IMG/VR virus record: IMGVR_UViG_3300032163_000010
Coordinates: 1 to 64,000 of that record
Strand: one strand, 5' to 3'
DNA length: 64,000 nucleotides
Source: a virus
A program made the translations under genes and the position numbers. Shown here piece after piece: positions 59,701-64,000 of the stretch; within the stretch, counting starts at the first letter, position 1; every line of letters begins with the position of its first letter. The notes beneath the pieces are model-generated. The model was not told where the DNA came from. It was given only the letters and a program-made list of their open reading frames with translations, and ran no database searches.

Positions 59701-60453
59701 TTGTGCTGCCTTCTGGACCCAAGCCGGCAGAGTAAGTGAGTTCCATGTCGCTGATAAACCCGCCTCGAATGCTTGCCAATTTTCAACGAAGTCGGTCTCC
59801 TGGCCGAAGTATCCAAGATCAATTAGGGATTTGCTTGTGCCTTCGTTAATCCAATACTGGATGATATCTGAGGCATCACTCTTTACGTAGAACATGAGGC
59901 CGGAGCCACCGTTTGCCTCCGGCTCATGGATGTATGATAGTTTGCGCTCTAATGAACTACCCTTTGTTCTGACACCACCGTTCCAAGACACATCTTGATT
60001 CGCTGAGCTGATGATCACACTGTGGACTCTACTGTTAGCAGTTCCCAGGTCAAGATCAGTCCACGCCCCGATGGTAGAGATGGCTGTCGTAGCCATGGTT
60101 TCAATAAAGTCACAGCCCGTGAAGTAGCCAAGTATCCTAAAAGAGTGGAGATCACTAACATCCTCCATGTAGACCTCGATAAGACCTGTCGTTGAGTGAA
60201 CTTTGACAGGCATAGTGTAGACGACTTCCCCACCATCCTCAGCTTCATGGATGCTGATATAGCGATTTAGTGCGGAGCCGTCTGCTCTGACCCCCATCAA
60301 ATTCTCATTAGCAAGTGTACCGTTACAGAGAGCAATCTCAACAATAGCTCCCTTTGGTACTCCGTGGTTGGTGAAGATATCGTAATCAGTCCATACACCA
60401 TCGCTTCCGGGAGCTGTGAAACTAGCTACTAATTCTACATATGCGATGGTCAT
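56764..60453 (-). CDS. Large tail fibre/adhesin: three ~105-aa repeats, an inserted 7-bladed beta-propeller, a KxFTADA repeat stalk and a BNR/sialidase-like propeller
   Basis: Internal repeats visible in the translation; BNR-like boxes TSSDGATWS and TSTDGGANWS; last gene of the tail module; start ATG 60453 after GAGGTG. Confidence 0.8.
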   Translation of the reverse strand: MTIAYVELVASFTAPGSDGVWTDYDIFTNHGVPKGAIVEIALCNGTLANENLMGVRADGSALNRYISIHEAEDGGEVVYTMPVKVHSTTGLIEVYMEDVSDLHSFRILGYFTGCDFIETMATTAISTIGAWTDLDLGTANSRVHSVIISSANQDVSWNGGVRTKGSSLERKLSYIHEPEANGGSGLMFYVKSDASDIIQYWINEGTSKSLIDLGYFGQETDFVENWQAFEAGLSATWNSLTLPAWVQKAAQYGSETHITSLCVLNGEIYGGTIPNGNLLKWNGTAWVQVAPKYGSETGIWSLVVLNGQIYGGTNPNGLLLRWNGSGAWVQVASKYGSETYIDSLCVLNGQIYGGTFPNGNLLRWNGSSAWVQVAPLYGSETAIYSLCVLNGVIYGGTSPNGNLLKWNGTSAWVQVASKYSTETDIRSLCVLNGYIYGGTYPSANLLKWNGSNAWVQVAPEYGTLDSAIYSLCVLNGEIYGGTGDSYGYLLKWNGSNAWTLAAPKLSESIIRSLCILSEQIYGGTGSLGNLYKYEPVDVNNFVSLILCNYSPDTEYNEGARKGGSSLARYILVHESEGATYPPIEYNGYTITVGISVSATIELYTGNTSFEYFIYTGYFKNGLQTINKTFKADARVVRRPTKALLADAWISTRFTKPFTVDANLISLGVHFKDFTADAILLKPKAFTVDAVIVKRFTKSPIVDAVIVKRSTKPFTADARLASTKTFTADAVLTSGVKTKTFTADGRITGAGHLVGTSTDYLAITFQYQRKSFRASGLFWVFYSNGTNMVYRTSSDGATWSAATTVRAAADGYEFSIWFDGQYLHYAHASGVRLRYRRGFPKYDGSITWSTINEQNLYDAWSGITKPFVSVDSNGYPWIGYMNHYGFDICPFVNKCDQNNGTWTSHSTYQLSTVIHYWDVSVIPLTDGKMYITYAFNGDTVKGRLWTGSMGGEETASFSSIRDSVQHSVVADPSNNVYLEFVTYIDPYCYIKSRKRTYSTGLWGSETTVKANIPYYAFPVLSIRDTTLYCFWSTKTTNTPPGAVAEHIYYQTSTDGGANWSAMVDWINQSSDPLATDNYGNSRPDMTCFYRAYGNFTGLVYLTGGVNPWKVRFAYFPLNFPWEAEKSFAADAIITTPPSSTKAVTVDAVLTGIPFVKVKTPSGIQALRTSRIPDSAKAKVHFWGANYYIETSSGAGDISDVKPRHPTLGTLYFLLKSTTKGFTVDAILVPG
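58216..58575 (-). repeat. Nine tandem K-x-F-T-[AV]-D-A-x-[LIV] peptide repeats
   Basis: KTFKADA, KALLADA, KPFTVDA, KDFTADA, KAFTVDA, KSPIVDA, KPFTADA, KTFTADA and KTFTADG; includes a 26-bp exact DNA duplication. Confidence 0.9.
58852..59721 (-). repeat. Seven ~42-aa beta-propeller blade repeats
   Basis: WVQVAxxYGSETxIxSLCVLNGxIYGGTxPNGNLLKWNGxxA repeated seven times. Confidence 0.92.
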
Positions 60454-60463
60454 AGACTGCACC

Positions 60464-62689
60464 TCACGATACGTCTATCCAGATGTCTCCGTTGCGGGGA
60501 GAAGGGGGATCTCCGGATATCAGTGGCAAGAGCAACCGTGCACCGGATACATCTAAGACCGCGTTACCCAATATATCTATATCCCCATCACCTCTAAGTT
60601 TCAATACGTACCCGCCGGACTCCAAGATGATGTCCTTAGTACCACCGACTGTGAGAATTTTGATAGCATCCCTACCGCCCTCCACAGTCATGTCCAATGT
60701 GCCAATTAAGGTTCCGTCATCTTTCACTAGTCTGAAATTGCCAGCTCCATATACGGAAATTTTCCCAGTAGCAGGATCAAAAAAGAACGTCCTCGCTAGT
60801 GGTCCCGATTTGAATCCCCAGATACCAGCAGTGAAATTCCCACCGATTGCATCACCTATTAGTGTTGGGGTTGTGATGATATCCGCAAGGTCTCCAATTA
60901 TACGGATCCCAGCATTGCCACCAGCAATACCAACTAAGGCTTGAGTTGCAATGTCCTTTCCATAAATGGAGTCAGTATCGATATGTATCGTGTTGATTGC
61001 CTTAGCACCAACAAAATCGCTTATCCAGTTAGATCTCTTTCCTGCTATTGCATGGAAGGAAACATCCTGATCCGGATCCACAGACACGTAAGCCTTGCAG
61101 AGAAGACCCACAGTATTGCCGGTAACATTTGCATAGTTATCCGTAGCTTGTAGCGTAGTGCTTCCCAACGAGAAGTAGAGGTACCAAGTATCCAAATCCA
61201 CCATCCCAGTCTTTTGGCCAGCATCAATGGCCTGAGAGCTACCATCTGCAAATACAATCGTCCCTGCATGCCAGTGGATATCCGCATGATTGGAACCGGC
61301 GTGATCCGTCCTATTTTTGTAGAATTCAACTGTAGATTCATACGGCTGGATACCAGGTCTCATAGCGGCAGCGAAGATTGAATCTTCAGCTATGTGATCC
61401 TTGATGATCTTGGTGCCCTTCGCACCGAATGTCTCAATGCCTATCTTCTGGCTTGTGTCTGAGGAGACGGTCAGCTTAGCAATGAGACCTATCTTTGCAG
61501 CTGCATAATCACTAGTGACAGTTAACGTTGCAGAGCCGATAGTAAAATAAACATAATAAGTTCCCGCGGAGCCAAGGTCTCCCGTAGAACCTGCGTTTAT
61601 GGCTAACGTTGTGGCATCAGCAAAGGTAATAGTTCCCGCTCCCCATGTCGCTGTATCCCAATCAACAGCAGTAAACACAAGATTGCTATTCCAAGTCTGG
61701 AGGCTCTTTGGAATCTGGCCAATCGAGATGGGATATATCCCCATTTCTTCATACTTCTTCAGATCTATGATCCTATCCTCAACGGTCTTAACTTTAGACG
61801 TTATTGCTACTATCGTTAGATCTAATCTCCGTTGGAGTCTCGTAATCTTATAACTCCCCGAAAGACCTAACTCAGCGTCTGATAGCGGGACAGTATCTCC
61901 AACAATGATCCATTGTGTGTCCTCCTGAGATGCGTTAATCGCAGAGGGTCCATCGTCAGTATTCAGTTCATTATAATACCTCTGAGCTAGAAGATTCAAT
62001 GTAGCTACGTCGGCTGCTTTCCTCTCCGTGAACGTCCTGATCTTTGTTCCTGGTCCATAACTGCCCTCAATATATGACCCATTCGCGTCTACCCCTCTGA
62101 CATAGACCTTCGTAGGTGTCATCTGTCGGTCTTTAATCCTAGTAGATTCCTCCTCCGGGAGGATAGCTAGCGCACCCTTTGCACTTCCCCTAGTGCCTAC
62201 ATGGATAGTATTTGTTGATTTGACCCCCCATACATCAGCTCCTGCAATATCCGCAAGGAACTTCGCTGCATCTAAGCACGCCGCTCGAGCGAACCTCACA
62301 GAGACTGTCGGATCGGATCCTGCCGTCCATGAATAATTCACACCAGCCGCAGAGGCCACCGCAGCCAGTATCGTCGAACAAGTGACTCCATTATACACTG
62401 CTGTGATGTCCTTATAGAACATTGTATAATAGACAGTCGGGATGACGTTACATATCAGCTCCCCTTTAGTGTGTTTCGCTCCTGTACACGTGCCAATGAA
62501 GATATCGGTCATCCCCCCTAGACCGTCATCCCATTGCAGTGACGCATCAACATCCGATGCAATGAGAGTTCTGTTCGTAGAAGTATTCGGTAGGATTATC
62601 CGACAAACTTCAGTACCATTGAGGTTTTCATCAGTTGCATCTAAGTACCCCACTGTCGTGGATATCTTAGCGACATATCCTTTGGTTAT
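60464..62689 (-). CDS. Tail tip/hub protein, probable ATA start at 62689 (track start GTG 62653)
   Basis: Gene order tape measure, small tail protein, hub; two internal WxAGTI.FAD repeats; GGTGA RBS 6 nt before an in-frame ATA. Confidence 0.65.
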   Translation of the reverse strand: MTKGYVAKISTTVGYLDATDENLNGTEVCRIILPNTSTNRTLIASDVDASLQWDDGLGGMTDIFIGTCTGAKHTKGELICNVIPTVYYTMFYKDITAVYNGVTCSTILAAVASAAGVNYSWTAGSDPTVSVRFARAACLDAAKFLADIAGADVWGVKSTNTIHVGTRGSAKGALAILPEEESTRIKDRQMTPTKVYVRGVDANGSYIEGSYGPGTKIRTFTERKAADVATLNLLAQRYYNELNTDDGPSAINASQEDTQWIIVGDTVPLSDAELGLSGSYKITRLQRRLDLTIVAITSKVKTVEDRIIDLKKYEEMGIYPISIGQIPKSLQTWNSNLVFTAVDWDTATWGAGTITFADATTLAINAGSTGDLGSAGTYYVYFTIGSATLTVTSDYAAAKIGLIAKLTVSSDTSQKIGIETFGAKGTKIIKDHIAEDSIFAAAMRPGIQPYESTVEFYKNRTDHAGSNHADIHWHAGTIVFADGSSQAIDAGQKTGMVDLDTWYLYFSLGSTTLQATDNYANVTGNTVGLLCKAYVSVDPDQDVSFHAIAGKRSNWISDFVGAKAINTIHIDTDSIYGKDIATQALVGIAGGNAGIRIIGDLADIITTPTLIGDAIGGNFTAGIWGFKSGPLARTFFFDPATGKISVYGAGNFRLVKDDGTLIGTLDMTVEGGRDAIKILTVGGTKDIILESGGYVLKLRGDGDIDILGNAVLDVSGARLLLPLISGDPPSPRNGDIWIDVS

Positions 62690-62690
62690 C

Positions 62691-63077
62691 TTATATCACC
62701 ACATGCGTCGATCCACGCCAGAATTCCATATTATAGAAAAATACCCTAGCAAACCCCGGCCGTTCTTCAATATTCATCCCTGCGAACACGAAATCTCTTC
62801 CTGAGTAGAGCATTCCAGTAGATGTGATCGTAACTACCGTATGTATCAGATCCTCTAGCTTCCCTGAGCCAGAGAGATAATCCGTAACCAGATTCGCCTT
62901 AGTGTGTGCAGCTTCTGCTAGGAGGCCTTCTATCTTGAGAACCTCAGCCTTACGACCAAAACTAATCAACAAAGGCAATGCCGAAGGGAACCTCGTGGAT
63001 TTGATATCCGCGTCCATCTTGTGTTCGATTCTCATTGGATACCTAGGTAACGTCACACTCCCTATTTGGAAACTCAT
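62691..63077 (-). CDS. Distal-tail-like protein
   Basis: 128-aa beta-rich ORF directly after the tape measure gene. Confidence 0.5.
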   Translation of the reverse strand: MSFQIGSVTLPRYPMRIEHKMDADIKSTRFPSALPLLISFGRKAEVLKIEGLLAEAAHTKANLVTDYLSGSGKLEDLIHTVVTITSTGMLYSGRDFVFAGMNIEERPGFARVFFYNMEFWRGSTHVVI

Positions 63078-63080
63078 TCA

Positions 63081-64000
63081 TCACTCCCCCGGGCTAACAT
63101 TCCTTCCGAATAAACTATCCGCTGAACCACTAGCAGCGGCATCTTGGAGCCTTTGTAGATCTATATCACTGCTCACACTGTCTATATTAATAGTCTGATA
63201 TACGGTCTGCTGTTGGGAAGTCATACCAGCTCCTACTCCTACTCCCCCTGTTATTGTTGGTTCTGGAGCCTTCGGGAACAACCAACCAAACCACGAGGTC
63301 AGATTACTCCATAGCTCTTGCAACCACTTAATGAGCCCCTGCACTGCCGCAGTAACTTCATCCCAGTAGAAGATCAACAGGGTAATGATACCTATTACAG
63401 CTAATATCGCCCAGCCAACGGGACCTATAGCTGCAAGGAATCCCGATAATACACTGCCTACAGAGGCAACGAGTGGTATCAAAAACCCGAACACATGTCC
63501 TAGTGCTAAAAACAACGGCATTATCAATGCCATGACAGCACCGACTGCCATCATTATCGGCGAGAGCACTAGTAGCACTGCGAGAATTTGTCCGATCAGC
63601 GGTGCCCAAGGTTTGAGGAACTCTGCAAAACTCACTAGATAAGGCATCAATCCAGCTACTGCCTGTACTAATGACATGAGTATTATCCCACCGGCCCCTC
63701 TCATGACCTCCGTTAACCCATTAATGATTTGTATCAAGTACGGCGCAGCTTCAACGGCTAGCCTCAAGAACTCCGCTTGCAACATTCCTAACGACGTCTG
63801 CACTTGTAACCCCACTTCAGGAAGCCTCGCAAGGGTATCCCTCATACCTTCAATATTAGCAATCCCTGCAACATCGAATCCTGCCATTGCCAGCCCCATT
63901 GTCGTCGCGAGACTCTCCATACCCCCCTCCCAATCCTGGAGGGCATTGATAAGCATCTGTATTATACCAGTAGCCATCGACCAGATTATCCTTCCTAAGA
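63081..64000 (-). CDS. Tape measure protein, 5' part outside window
   Basis: Ala/Gly/Leu-rich helical and hydrophobic segments, GPVGWAILAVIGII...YWDEV, C-terminal YQTINI; the frame stays open to the window end. Confidence 0.85.
   Translation of the reverse strand, partial: LGRIIWSMATGIIQMLINALQDWEGGMESLATTMGLAMAGFDVAGIANIEGMRDTLARLPEVGLQVQTSLGMLQAEFLRLAVEAAPYLIQIINGLTEVMRGAGGIILMSLVQAVAGLMPYLVSFAEFLKPWAPLIGQILAVLLVLSPIMMAVGAVMALIMPLFLALGHVFGFLIPLVASVGSVLSGFLAAIGPVGWAILAVIGIITLLIFYWDEVTAAVQGLIKWLQELWSNLTSWFGWLFPKAPEPTITGGVGVGAGMTSQQQTVYQTINIDSVSSDIDLQRLQDAAASGSADSLFGRNVSPGE

Noticed and set aside
56764-60453. Diversity-generating retroelement acting on the tail fibre
   Set aside because: No reverse transcriptase in the window and no template/variable repeat pair differing only at adenines; the blade repeats are all in-frame coding.
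1-64000. CRISPR array or mini-array
   Set aside because: I found no 25-40-bp repeats separated by unique spacers. The 13-bp array has no spacers, and the Cas4-like gene is a solo recombination-type nuclease.
1-64000. TAG recoding (pyrrolysine or alternative code)
   Set aside because: Conserved enzymes are uninterrupted, and TAG stops fall at natural gene ends followed by an RBS and the next start.
1-64000. Integrated provirus or transposon
   Set aside because: No integrase, transposase, att-like junction or host housekeeping block is visible; the only mobile elements are the two inteins.

Overview
This window is most of the genome of a tailed, head-tail (Caudoviricetes-type) archaeal virus. 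It begins and ends inside the minus-strand virion module, so the genome is circularly permuted or longer than the window. Minus strand 1-10.7 kb holds terminase, portal, protease/scaffold, major capsid and decoration genes. Plus strand 11-55 kb holds many small early genes behind archaeal BRE/TATA promoters and GGAGGTG ribosome-binding sites (RBS), then replication and repair genes: RFC, UDG, RNase HI, Hjc-like, Cas4-like, ERCC4, intein-containing PolB and an MCM-like helicase. It also holds a 7-deazaguanine DNA-modification pathway (FolE, QueD, QueE, QueC, TGT/DpdA-like), an AcrIII-1 ring nuclease and a papain-like protease with membrane proteins. Minus strand 55-64 kb holds membrane Ig-like proteins, a large adhesin/tail fibre, tail proteins and a partial tape measure. 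The Elf1 homologue and other markers suggest a TACK host, plausibly Bathyarchaeia (inference). The best candidates for undescribed biology are: (i) a covarying RNA hairpin, AGGA-N-T-N5-C-GAGAUGAU-G, repeated three times just after T-tracts in the early region; (ii) five dispersed paralogous winged-helix genes, three directly behind BRE/TATA promoters with structured leaders, one followed by a ~290-nt multi-domain ncRNA; (iii) a viral Elf1; (iv) the deazaguanine pathway together with MazG-like enzymes and a PolB with a rewritten motif B; and (v) several probable ATA/ACG start codons. All family assignments come from motif recognition by eye; no searches were run.
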